Virus record (IMG/VR): IMGVR_UViG_3300040801_001654
Coordinates: 1-45,808 of that record
Direction: 5' to 3' (one strand)
Source of the DNA: a virus
Length of the DNA stretch: 45,808 bases
Below the pieces are notes generated by a model. That model ran no database searches. It saw only the letters and a program-made list of their open reading frames with translations, and was not told the DNA's origin. The position numbers and the translations under genes were made by a program. Below are positions 8,513 through 16,808 of the stretch, piece after piece (position 1 is the stretch's first letter; every line of letters begins with the position of its first letter).

Positions 8513-8989
8513 CTAGCCTTCAACCAAATCCCTTAGATTGTGTGGTTTATAGTCTGTTCCCTCATAGTAGATGGGTATGTGTTTATCCGAAACAGGCTCT
8601 CCCTTCCCGTGTGTATGCCCGTGAATATTATAATCTATGTTCTCTCCTATTTCCTCTGGTCTATGGCTAAACCACACTCTCTTACCAAATCTCTCAAACA
8701 AGAACCCATTACACACAGCGGTAAAACCCATATCATAATAAGTATTGTCTGTTCTTGAGTCGTGGTTACCCTTAACTAATATACGGACACGACCATAGGG
8801 GCTCAAGTCCTCTACTCTACCAAGTTCAACATCCCCTAGGTGTATTAGTACATCGTCTTCTTTAATATACTCTTTAAGATTATTAAGTATTAATTCCTCA
8901 AAACCCTCTGGTCTATGGCCGACCCTTACTAACATTCCGTGTCCGAAATGTGTGTCGGCTATGACCCATACATTATTCTCCATCCTCAT
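8513..8989 (-). CDS. Metallophosphoesterase (small, MPP family)
   Basis: VIADTHFGH / HLGDV / GNHD / GHTHG motif series. Confidence 0.8.
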   Translation of the reverse strand: MRMENNVWVIADTHFGHGMLVRVGHRPEGFEELILNNLKEYIKEDDVLIHLGDVELGRVEDLSPYGRVRILVKGNHDSRTDNTYYDMGFTAVCNGFLFERFGKRVWFSHRPEEIGENIDYNIHGHTHGKGEPVSDKHIPIYYEGTDYKPHNLRDLVEG

Positions 8990-9419
8990 AGAGGGTGTTA
9001 ACTATTCTGCTTATACAGGGCTGGCTTATGCCATATTTCTTAGACAGCTCTACCTGTGTAGCACCGTTTCTATACTCCTCTGTTATTTTAAGGTCTCTCT
9101 CATAGTTCCTTCTTGTACTACCCATCTCATCTTTAATGATATCACTTATATTACTTCTACTTGTCTTAAATTCTATGGCTAAATCTGCCATAGTAACACC
9201 TGCTATCCACCCTGATACTATATCGTCGGTGTGTTCACGTAGTCTTCTCATCCTCTGAGACGCCTTGTGACCAGCGTGTTGGGTCTTCATACCTTTCCAA
9301 GCTTTCATACCCCTTAGCTTCTGGTACACAGCCTCACGTGTAACATTATTCTCCTCTGCTATCTCTGTTACTGGTACTCCTTCCATATATTTCTTTGCTA
9401 TTGTTTGTTTTGTCCACAT
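8973..9419 (-). CDS. DNA-binding protein with three HTH repeats (candidate transcription regulator)
   Basis: Three sigma-region-4/Hin-like HTH units: VPVTEIAEENNVTREAVYQKL, VTMADLAIEFKTSRSNISDII, ATQVELSKKYGISQPCISRIV. Confidence 0.55.
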   Translation of the reverse strand: MWTKQTIAKKYMEGVPVTEIAEENNVTREAVYQKLRGMKAWKGMKTQHAGHKASQRMRRLREHTDDIVSGWIAGVTMADLAIEFKTSRSNISDIIKDEMGSTRRNYERDLKITEEYRNGATQVELSKKYGISQPCISRIVNTLYEDGE

Positions 9420-9420
9420 A

Positions 9421-9600
9421 TTATCCGTTAGTTAATTTAAATAATTTTTCTTTGTTTATATATCCGTAATCCCTAGGTTCTGTTACGAAAGTCCTCTTTC
9501 CACATATGTCACACACACCCTCATGCCAAGTTGATATTCCACACTCTTTGTTTCCGTATTTTTTACCACACTCTGCACATATCCACACTATCTTCTCCAT
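9421..9600 (-). CDS. 59-aa zinc-ribbon protein (below the ORF-track cutoff)
   Basis: I translated it by hand: MEKIVWICAECGKKYGNKECGISTWHEGVCDICGKRTF...NG*. CxxC..C / C..CxxC pattern. Fills the gap between 9419 and 9626. Confidence 0.55.
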   Translation of the reverse strand: MEKIVWICAECGKKYGNKECGISTWHEGVCDICGKRTFVTEPRDYGYINKEKLFKLTNG

Positions 9601-9625
9601 ATTACTTATTGTCTTTTAATTTAGA

Positions 9626-10111
9626 TTACGTTCCACTTACATTGGCTCTTATAGAGTTGTCTACTAAGGACTTAACCTTGGTCTGTGAGAAAGATATAAG
9701 TCTTTCACAGTCCTTATATAAATCATTTAGTAATCTACTCTCATACCTAGCCTGTAACTCCTTCTTCTTTAACTCATCACACTCCTTCTCTGCCAATTCC
9801 CCTGCCATTTTATCTGTCATCTTCTCCCCACTCTGCTTTAACTCTAGGTACTTATCCCTTACCGACATATCATACTCCTCTTTACTAGCCTCAGATACTA
9901 GAATAGCAAAGTCTTTTAAGTCGGACAGGTTGTCCATTATCTTAGCAAGTGTGAATATGTGGTCGACTAGACTATCCATATCCCACTCATTAACTGGTCG
10001 TTCCTCTATCCTACGTTTTATTTCAAAGATTTTATTAAGAGTTTCGTTAGTCTCTTTCTCTTCCTCCCACTCTAGGTTGGCGTCAATAGAGAACTCCTTT
10101 GCCTTAATCAT
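9626..10111 (-). CDS. Acidic coiled-coil protein, function unknown
   Basis: 161-aa ORF co-directional with the operon. The antisense 205-aa ORF is Ser/Leu-rich and looks like an artefact. Confidence 0.65.
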   Translation of the reverse strand: MIKAKEFSIDANLEWEEEKETNETLNKIFEIKRRIEERPVNEWDMDSLVDHIFTLAKIMDNLSDLKDFAILVSEASKEEYDMSVRDKYLELKQSGEKMTDKMAGELAEKECDELKKKELQARYESRLLNDLYKDCERLISFSQTKVKSLVDNSIRANVSGT

Positions 10112-10406
10112 ATCTCTTCTTGTTTATTTTATATATTCCACTGTGTAGTCCTATCTTCTCTGCCTCGGCTGGGTTATTCTCTACCCACCTGTGACACTCA
10201 CTACATAGCCACACTGTATCCTCCTCCGTACCACCTGTACTCCTCTTGACCACGTGGTGGCTCTCTAATTGGATGTTGGGATAGGTGTCATTCCTTCCAC
10301 ACCTAGCACACTCCCTCTCCCACAGCCCAAAGAGTCCAGACTGTTCTTTCTTCTCCCTCTTTACAGTCTTGTTTATCGTCACTTCCTGTTTTAATTTGCT
10401 TATCAT
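10104..10406 (-). CDS. HNH endonuclease
   Basis: CARCG...LESHHVV...GGTEE...WLCSECHRWVENN. Confidence 0.7.
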   Translation of the reverse strand: MISKLKQEVTINKTVKREKKEQSGLFGLWERECARCGRNDTYPNIQLESHHVVKRSTGGTEEDTVWLCSECHRWVENNPAEAEKIGLHSGIYKINKKRYD

Positions 10407-10692
10407 CTATTCCTAATAGTTTACAGAACTCATCATCGGCATACTTATTAAGGTTACGATGGTCTCTCCTCCTTATATTCCCATTCTTATAGTAAAGGGG
10501 AAAGTAATATGTAACCTCAACCTCATACCACTCACTGTCAACTATCTCCTGTGGTTTCAATTTAGACACCTTTTCCTTCCACTCCTTATACTCTTTAGAA
10601 GGATACCTCCTCCCACCCCTCCCTTGTTTAAGGGCGTGGTTAGATGTTGGAGGCAATCCTTTAACTTCAAACTTCACTAGTTCTTTTTTCAT
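10303..10692 (-). CDS. rusA: RusA-type Holliday-junction resolvase (the C-terminus appears to continue in the HNH frame)
   Basis: GLPPTSNHAL...RRRDHRNLNKYADDEFCKLLGIDDKQI matches the RusA pattern. The tail after DDKQI is atypical in this frame. Confidence 0.7.
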   Translation of the reverse strand: MKKELVKFEVKGLPPTSNHALKQGRGGRRYPSKEYKEWKEKVSKLKPQEIVDSEWYEVEVTYYFPLYYKNGNIRRRDHRNLNKYADDEFCKLLGIDDKQIKTGSDDKQDCKEGEERTVWTLWAVGEGVC

Positions 10693-10693
10693 A

Positions 10694-10810
10694 TTATATT
10701 ATATCACCTCTCTCTTTTCTTGTCAAGTGTTTCTCAGCCCTATCCTCTAGTTCCCCAAGTAACCACACTATTAGGGCACTGAAAGGCCAGGTGATACCAT
10801 ACAGCATCAT
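10694..10810 (-). CDS. Possible 38-aa membrane peptide
   Basis: ATG overlaps the upstream TAA (TAATG). One TM (ITWPFSALIVWLLG). Competes with the promoter reading of the same bases. Confidence 0.25.
   Translation of the reverse strand: MMLYGITWPFSALIVWLLGELEDRAEKHLTRKERGDII
10698..10726 (-). promoter_or_regulatory. sigma70-type promoter TTGACA-N17-TATAAT, 5 nt before the rusA ATG
   Basis: Minus strand reads cacTTGACAagaaaagagagaggtgaTATAATataatATG. Confidence 0.4.
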
Positions 10811-11016
10811 TAGAATAATACGCCACATAATTCCCTAAGTATAGCAAACACTACCATACCTACTATATAATAAATTAAAGCGATTGTTCTAATGTACTCA
10901 TCTAAATGCTTGTATGCTTTATCATTTCTCTTTAGGTTGGCGAAGAGGACTACTGCCTCTCTCTTAAACCTAGCCCACCTAAATATGTTTATCTTTCTTA
11001 TTAGTTTCTTTAACAT
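10810..11016 (-). CDS. Small membrane protein
   Basis: 68 aa with a C-terminal TM (IALIYYIVGMVVFAIL). Confidence 0.5.
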   Translation of the reverse strand: MLKKLIRKINIFRWARFKREAVVLFANLKRNDKAYKHLDEYIRTIALIYYIVGMVVFAILRELCGVLF

Positions 11017-11022
11017 ATTCTT

Positions 11023-11349
11023 TTATATACAATTTAAATCCTCATCTACGTACTGCTCTGCTATTATCTTTAACGACTCATCTTTCTTCTCCCTCATAAA
11101 GGGTGGTATGGGTGGACCTGAGCCATCATAGTAATCCTCCTCACTATCACGCCTCCACATAGCCTCTACCTCTGCCTCTAGCCTACGCATAACCTCAGGG
11201 TCTAGACCCCCTATGTTAATGGGTAGGTTATCTGGATAGGTTGCCCCACTTGAGAATCCATTTTCTAGTATCTCTATTATACCACCGTCATCAGTTAGTA
11301 CCTCTTCAGTACCATCATTATGAACTATAGTTGCTCTTGGTCTTGGCAT
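11023..11349 (-). CDS. Hypothetical protein
   Basis: 108-aa ORF in the operon orientation. No motif recognised. Confidence 0.55.
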   Translation of the reverse strand: MPRPRATIVHNDGTEEVLTDDGGIIEILENGFSSGATYPDNLPINIGGLDPEVMRRLEAEVEAMWRRDSEEDYYDGSGPPIPPFMREKKDESLKIIAEQYVDEDLNCI

Positions 11350-11930
11350 TTATCTTCCTTAAATAATTTATCTATCCACTCATCTGTGTAATCTAGTTCT
11401 TCTATCTCATAAGAACCATCCACTTGAAAGACTACAACTGCGAGGGGCAACTCTCTCTGTAGAGCGTACCTATACATACTCAACTGGTACTTAACCTTTC
11501 GTATCTTACTTGAACTACGCTTATAGTTACCCCTCCACGCACCATAGGTCTTCCAGTCCATCAGGTATTCTTTATCCTTATACTTTACAAGACCATCATA
11601 AGTTCCTGCGTATAGGTACTCATCACAATACACAGTCTCTTCTGCTTTTAATATCTCATACTTATCCATAAAGTCTTGTACCCCTTTGTATAATCCCTCC
11701 TCATTCTTACCTACTATAGGTGGGTCAAGGAACTCTGTATCCCTGACCCTATTATTTATCCAACTAGATACCTTAGTACCTATAGAGGAAGAGAGGGTGG
11801 TAACATCACTCGGCCTGTATCCATTCTCTTCACACCATCTCTTAAAAGATTCTTTGTTAAACGGAAACAGTTTACTTATTAAACTTGTAACCGAACAGTA
11901 CTTCTTATTGCCTCTCTCATAGTATCTCAT
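11325..11930 (-). CDS. PD-(D/E)XK family nuclease (RecB/Cas4/lambda-exo-like)
   Basis: GTYDGLV ... YLMDWKT gives a D...(D/E)xK arrangement. GGGAGGA SD upstream. Confidence 0.6.
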   Translation of the reverse strand: MRYYERGNKKYCSVTSLISKLFPFNKESFKRWCEENGYRPSDVTTLSSSIGTKVSSWINNRVRDTEFLDPPIVGKNEEGLYKGVQDFMDKYEILKAEETVYCDEYLYAGTYDGLVKYKDKEYLMDWKTYGAWRGNYKRSSSKIRKVKYQLSMYRYALQRELPLAVVVFQVDGSYEIEELDYTDEWIDKLFKEDKCQDQEQL

Positions 11931-11946
11931 CTTCCTCCCTGTTAAA

Positions 11947-12360
11947 TTAAAATGGTAGGTCGTTCTCTAAGTCTATCTCCTCATCAGGGTCGTTCCTTAT
12001 CTTACCCTTAGGTTTATTCTCTAGTCTTTCAATCTTTTCCTTAAGTTCTTTATTCTCTTTTTCTAACTCCTCAATCTCTTGCTTAAGGTTTCTTCTTGGT
12101 AGTTCAAAGTTCCACCAATCTCCGTCGTGAATTATCTTACCTGATATCTCAGTACCCTCATCCCAGTCATCAGTAACATTATCAAAGTCTAGCATTGACA
12201 ATCTACCATTGAACTCCATGTCATCTATACAGTTACTGTCCACCTCAAGTAGTACTTTCTTAAAAGGATTACCGTTCTTCGTTACCAACGGCGACCCATC
12301 TTTCTTAGTATTGTACGTACTAATACTCTCTATCTTAACATCTTTAATATTGTATTCCAT
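11947..12360 (-). CDS. Putative single-stranded DNA-binding protein (SSB-like acidic tip)
   Basis: C-terminus DPDEEIDLENDLPF resembles the bacterial SSB DDDIPF tip. The N-terminal ~90 aa are beta-rich. Lies in the recombination/replication block. Confidence 0.4.
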   Translation of the reverse strand: MEYNIKDVKIESISTYNTKKDGSPLVTKNGNPFKKVLLEVDSNCIDDMEFNGRLSMLDFDNVTDDWDEGTEISGKIIHDGDWWNFELPRRNLKQEIEELEKENKELKEKIERLENKPKGKIRNDPDEEIDLENDLPF

Positions 12361-12664
12361 TTTCTTTTAATAAGTCTCTTAATTTATATATTTCTTCTGA
12401 GGCTTTCTTTAACTTAACCTCATATTCTTTAGCAAGTTTTACTTGTAACTTACTAAGCACCTCTGACTGCCCATCAGATATCTCTGCTTGTAGTTTATCA
12501 AAGTAGTCATTGGCTACTAACTTCATTTGTTTCATGAGGGTTCTATGAACCTCCTCCCAGTCTTCATCTGAAGTATCAAACTCTAACTCAAGCCCAACCT
12601 CCTCGTTGGAGAAGGATATCCCCTCAATTGGGGCTTTGATAAAGAATCTTGGTTTGATTACCAT
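12344..12664 (-). CDS. Hypothetical protein
   Basis: 106-aa ORF in the operon orientation. Confidence 0.55.
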   Translation of the reverse strand: MVIKPRFFIKAPIEGISFSNEEVGLELEFDTSDEDWEEVHRTLMKQMKLVANDYFDKLQAEISDGQSEVLSKLQVKLAKEYEVKLKKASEEIYKLRDLLKENGIQY

Positions 12665-12681
12665 AATAGTTTACTAACAAT

Positions 12682-12960
12682 TTATATAATGCCCATCTCC
12701 TCGGCACACACAGGGCACAGTCCATTAATGAGTATTATCTCTGGCGTGTCAGCACCACACCGACTACACCTACCCATTTCATTCTCAGGTACTTCTTCAT
12801 AGCCACAATTGTCGCAGATGAGGAAGTCGCTTGAGTTTCTCCAAACCATATCAGAGCCACACTCTGGACATATGTCTGGGTCTATCTGGTCGTACTCTAC
12901 CCACGAACCGTCTCCACCTCGGACACCGTTCTCATCGTACCCATAAGGTATGTTCTCCAT
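12682..12960 (-). CDS. Double zinc-ribbon protein
   Basis: CPECG...CDNCG and CSRCG...CPVC. Confidence 0.6.
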   Translation of the reverse strand: MENIPYGYDENGVRGGDGSWVEYDQIDPDICPECGSDMVWRNSSDFLICDNCGYEEVPENEMGRCSRCGADTPEIILINGLCPVCAEEMGII

Positions 12961-12987
12961 ATCTTTTATAATTATAATTTATATAAT

Positions 12988-13011
12988 GGGGTGGTATTAA
13001 GACCCCACCCC
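12988..13011 (-). terminator. Hairpin terminator ending the amidoligase/ATP-grasp operon
   Basis: GGGGTGG (12988-12994) pairs with CCACCCC (13005-13011), 33 nt past the ATP-grasp stop. On the minus strand it is followed by the A/U-rich AUUAUAUAAAUU. Confidence 0.5.
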
Positions 13012-13043
13012 TTAGGTCTTGCTGTATTAAGCCTGCGACTAGG

Positions 13044-13946
13044 CTAGAAGTTTATAGACGTTTCGGTCTTAAACTCAAAGTCATAATTTAATTCGTTCAA
13101 CTCTCTGTGTTTCCATACATAATGTCTTGCCTTAGTATCCTCTGGTATATTCATATGTCTGGTTTCGTTTGTCATAAGTAACCAATCGAAGTACTCAGCG
13201 TACCTCTCTGCTGTGTATCCCTCTAAGCGTGGCGAAGTATTAACCTCACACACTACTGCTTTTGGCAGACTAGAGTTCAATGGGTCAGCCATTATATCCA
13301 CAGCACCGAAGTCCATGCCCAGCACCTCGATTGTTTTAACAGCAAGGTCTACTATATCCTTCCTGTATTGTTTCCAAGGTATTACCTCAAACGCATAGCC
13401 ATTGTCATGACTCCAGTTCTCTCCACGTGTCTCAGAAGTTTGGACTTTCTGTTGGACTATGAGAACCTTGCCATGACCAACGTGTACTCTATACTCGGTA
13501 GTCTTTGGATAGAACCTTGAGAAGTAAGGGTTCTCCATACTGGTAACCTTACCCCTATTACTCAAGAGTTCTGTTATATTATTAAAGAGCAAAAAGTCCT
13601 TACCTTTCTGATGAAAGGCAGGTCTTACCACAATGGGAAAATCAGTAGCACAAATAGTACCGACTGGTTCTGGGGTGGGTATTCCCCTTTCATATAGGTA
13701 TTCCCTACACCTTTTCTTATTACTCACAAGCCTTATCTTCTCAGCCCTGTTGTATTCTATAACTGGGTTGGTATCTATACTGGTAGTACAACCCCACCTA
13801 ATTATAATCCTACTATCAGGGTCTGGTTCATTGTTAAACCTATGCCTACTTAGTCTATACCAAGCAGGTTCTAAACCATTCTTCATCTTACTGAGTAGTT
13901 CTTCTATTGAACTCCTACTTGTTGTTTTAGTTATTACTGTATTCAT
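13044..13946 (-). CDS. ATP-grasp ligase (RimK-like)
   Basis: FPIVVRPAFHQKGKDFLLF, TEYRVHVGHGKVL and DFGAVDIM...VVCEVNTSP match the ATP-grasp/RimK pattern. Confidence 0.75.
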   Translation of the reverse strand: MNTVITKTTSRSSIEELLSKMKNGLEPAWYRLSRHRFNNEPDPDSRIIIRWGCTTSIDTNPVIEYNRAEKIRLVSNKKRCREYLYERGIPTPEPVGTICATDFPIVVRPAFHQKGKDFLLFNNITELLSNRGKVTSMENPYFSRFYPKTTEYRVHVGHGKVLIVQQKVQTSETRGENWSHDNGYAFEVIPWKQYRKDIVDLAVKTIEVLGMDFGAVDIMADPLNSSLPKAVVCEVNTSPRLEGYTAERYAEYFDWLLMTNETRHMNIPEDTKARHYVWKHRELNELNYDFEFKTETSINF

Positions 13947-13947
13947 A

Positions 13948-15726
13948 TTATTCCTCCACTAAGTTAGCAAAATACCCATAATCTCTCACACCTATCGGTG
14001 CTAGGGTATTATATATTCCTCCCACACTTCTCTCTTTCTGTTGTTCTGCTATAGCCAAGGCTTTCCTCTCGAACACCTTGTCCTTATCAATCTTTATCTT
14101 TGGTACAGTTATAGTCCTTCTAACTTTCTTTCCCTCTATTATCAGAGCATCTCTATCTAAGTAGTTAGCGAAGTCTATAAATCCCTTAGCCCTTTCCTTA
14201 ATTTTGTCTTTACTTATTCTCTCATTGAGTAGTTTGTATAACTTACTGTCTTCATTTAACAATTCCTCTCCCACTTTTATTATATCAGTCTGTTTGTTCT
14301 TGAGTATATATTCTAGTATCCTAGTTCTGAATAGTAATTGTTTCTTATTCTTAACAGCAGGAAATATCCTAAACTCTAGGGTGTTCCTAGTTATATTCAA
14401 CGCCTGTCTATGACCACTATCTATATAACAATCCTTCTCCTTAGCCTCACAGTATTCGTTCATAGCCCTGTCTGGGTACAAACTATATAGTAGTGGAAGA
14501 TACCCTCTTATATCTAAGAGTATCTCATGTGGTGTCCTCTCTGTGTCTGATATATGTATATGACCACCACACCTCTCACTTACCTGAGCCTCTAAGAGCG
14601 ATTCTAAGGGTGTTAAAATATCCTCGAGGATATCTATATCCAATGGTAACACTGGACTTACCAGTTCAAATCCTGACTCATCTAATGAGCCATCTCTTTC
14701 TGCTACCCACCCTGTATTCTTAAGTAATGACCTATTAACTATCTTTCTCCTTGCTGTAACATCTTCTTTCTCTACTTCATAACCTATCTTATACCTACTG
14801 TTATCACTCATATCTTGTCTGCCTATACCAGCGTGGTATTCTAAGATACCCCTTATATTACTGCACCTAGGACACACAAGTTCGTATTCATTTTCAAGTG
14901 TAGTACCACAACCCCTACAGCGTGGTCTACTATTACACTCCTTACATACATTTCTCCCACCCACACTCACTATATCATCTATCAATGTCATCTTACCACA
15001 GTTAGAACACTCCACATACTTATGCCTACACAATGGACATATAGTTTTCGAACCTAGTATAACCTCATCACAACCCTGACACTTCTTATCTACAAGTTCA
15101 TCACCTAGTAATTCTTTTAGTATATCGTACACCTTTTTATCTATTGATATACTCTTACCGAAGAACCTTGAATAAGCCCATGCGTAGTGGTCTTTGTTTC
15201 GGTTAGTCATTGACTTCCCCTCTCCCATTAACGCTGGTATTATTAAGGTATCCCTTTCAGCACAAGAGTATTCATCACCATTTATCACTGCCTCAAGCCA
15301 ATAGTATTCCTCATCATCAAAATCATTTATATCATTTCTTAAAGCAATCCTACTATCATACTCTGCCAACCTCTCGGTTATCCTCTCCACTGCTAGTTCT
15401 AACGGATTACTACCTGAGATATAGAACCTACTTGCCACACCCCAGTACACGAACTTCGTATTCCCTCCTATAGTTAGTATCTCTGTATCAAGTTCTTCTA
15501 CTCTTGATATCAAGGTGTCCACTCCTAACTGTTCGTGTTTAACCTTATCCTTATACAAGTTTACGAACTCTATATATATATCTGAGGTTGAGGTGTTATC
15601 AGCCAAGTACATATTAACCCTACGAATATCCTCCACTATAGGTAGCACTACGACCTTAGCATAATGGTCTAAGAGTTTACCAGCCACCTCATCTTTAAAC
15701 TCCTGACTTAACTTCTCGTACTCCAT
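13948..15726 (-). CDS. Amidoligase paralogue 2: N-terminal domain of unknown function plus three zinc ribbons plus a GS-like amidoligase domain
   Basis: CQGC..CPLC / CSNCG..CKEC / CRGCG..CPRC, then YKIGYEVEKED, ERDGSLDESGFELVSPVLPL, CGGHIHIS, LEFRIFPAV. Confidence 0.7.
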   Translation of the reverse strand: MEYEKLSQEFKDEVAGKLLDHYAKVVVLPIVEDIRRVNMYLADNTSTSDIYIEFVNLYKDKVKHEQLGVDTLISRVEELDTEILTIGGNTKFVYWGVASRFYISGSNPLELAVERITERLAEYDSRIALRNDINDFDDEEYYWLEAVINGDEYSCAERDTLIIPALMGEGKSMTNRNKDHYAWAYSRFFGKSISIDKKVYDILKELLGDELVDKKCQGCDEVILGSKTICPLCRHKYVECSNCGKMTLIDDIVSVGGRNVCKECNSRPRCRGCGTTLENEYELVCPRCSNIRGILEYHAGIGRQDMSDNSRYKIGYEVEKEDVTARRKIVNRSLLKNTGWVAERDGSLDESGFELVSPVLPLDIDILEDILTPLESLLEAQVSERCGGHIHISDTERTPHEILLDIRGYLPLLYSLYPDRAMNEYCEAKEKDCYIDSGHRQALNITRNTLEFRIFPAVKNKKQLLFRTRILEYILKNKQTDIIKVGEELLNEDSKLYKLLNERISKDKIKERAKGFIDFANYLDRDALIIEGKKVRRTITVPKIKIDKDKVFERKALAIAEQQKERSVGGIYNTLAPIGVRDYGYFANLVEE

Positions 15727-15747
15727 AACTTTAAGATTATAATTTAA

Positions 15748-16785
15748 CTAACTCGGTAGGTAGAACTTGAGTATGCTCTCAAACTTAGCCCACTTACCAC
15801 TATTTATATCAACTTGTTTACCCTCTACTATCAAATCATTTACCTCATTTAATTCATCTAAACAGTTAAAGCATAACGGATAACCCCACTGGGTTATACC
15901 AGCATCTTCCTCAACCTCGTCTATTTCACAGCCACACCCCTCGCAGAATATATCCTTATTATTCTCATATAGTTTCTGATAACTAGACCACGGATATTCC
16001 TCCTCATACTTATCCTCCCAACTATCATCTTCAAAATCACTGTAGTAAGAGGGATACCTCTGCTTGTAGCAATTACTTTTAACAAGTGTTGTATCTTTCT
16101 TATACTTTATCTCCTTAGGTTCTCCTATCATCTTGCCTTTCATATCTAACACCACCAGTGTATCGTTTGTGAATTCAAATGGTTCTTCCTCTGAATTGTA
16201 GTGTCCAGCCACAAACTCCAGCACATCTTTCATTGAACTGAACATTATCATACCCAACTTTTCCATTGTTAAACAATACAGTGGATTATCATGCCTACTC
16301 ACATATATTCTATCTTCGTTCTTATCCCACGCTATAAAGTTAGCACTGCCCTTAATTTCTTTTAGCATATCCCAATTCTTTTCCTGAACTATCGGTATAA
16401 GTACCTCACTATCCACCTCATACTCATAGTCTAACTTCTTAGCAATCTCCTTATGATTGCTTATCACACCATTATGAACTAAAAAGGTATCCTTTCTATT
16501 TAATGGGTGTGCGTTGCGTTCATTTACCTCTCCAGTTGTAGCCAATCTAGTATGACCAAGCCACAAATCACCCTCAACTTGTCTGAACTTCTTTCTCTTT
16601 AAGAACTGACTTGCTGGTATGGTATCCTTGAACAGAGAATGGGTTTCGCTATCCTTATCAACTACCAGCACACCAGTACTATCCCTACCTCTGCTTTCAT
16701 TTGCTAATACTAAGGACTTGAATATCCTCTTAGCAACTTCTCGGTTTTCTGGTTTAACATTTAACATACCTGCTATTCCACACAT
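15748..16785 (-). CDS. Class-II (Ntn) glutamine amidotransferase with a C-terminal zinc ribbon
   Basis: MCGIAGML supplies the Cys1 nucleophile. Also RGRDSTG, GHTRLATTG..NERNAHP, LVHNGVISN. C-terminal CEGCGC...CFNC. Confidence 0.85.
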   Translation of the reverse strand: MCGIAGMLNVKPENREVAKRIFKSLVLANESRGRDSTGVLVVDKDSETHSLFKDTIPASQFLKRKKFRQVEGDLWLGHTRLATTGEVNERNAHPLNRKDTFLVHNGVISNHKEIAKKLDYEYEVDSEVLIPIVQEKNWDMLKEIKGSANFIAWDKNEDRIYVSRHDNPLYCLTMEKLGMIMFSSMKDVLEFVAGHYNSEEEPFEFTNDTLVVLDMKGKMIGEPKEIKYKKDTTLVKSNCYKQRYPSYYSDFEDDSWEDKYEEEYPWSSYQKLYENNKDIFCEGCGCEIDEVEEDAGITQWGYPLCFNCLDELNEVNDLIVEGKQVDINSGKWAKFESILKFYLPS

Positions 16786-16808
16786 ATTTGTTTAGTCCTC
16801 AGTTTAAT

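Noticed and set aside
9531-10148. The 205-aa + strand ORF in the track, together with similar antisense ORFs at 5362-5862, 13633-13962, 39404-39907, 17513-17776, 28815-29201 and others.
   Set aside because: These ORFs are Ser/Leu/Ile-rich low-complexity translations lying antisense or out of frame to motif-bearing genes. Their direction is opposite to the surrounding operon, and they have no start signals.
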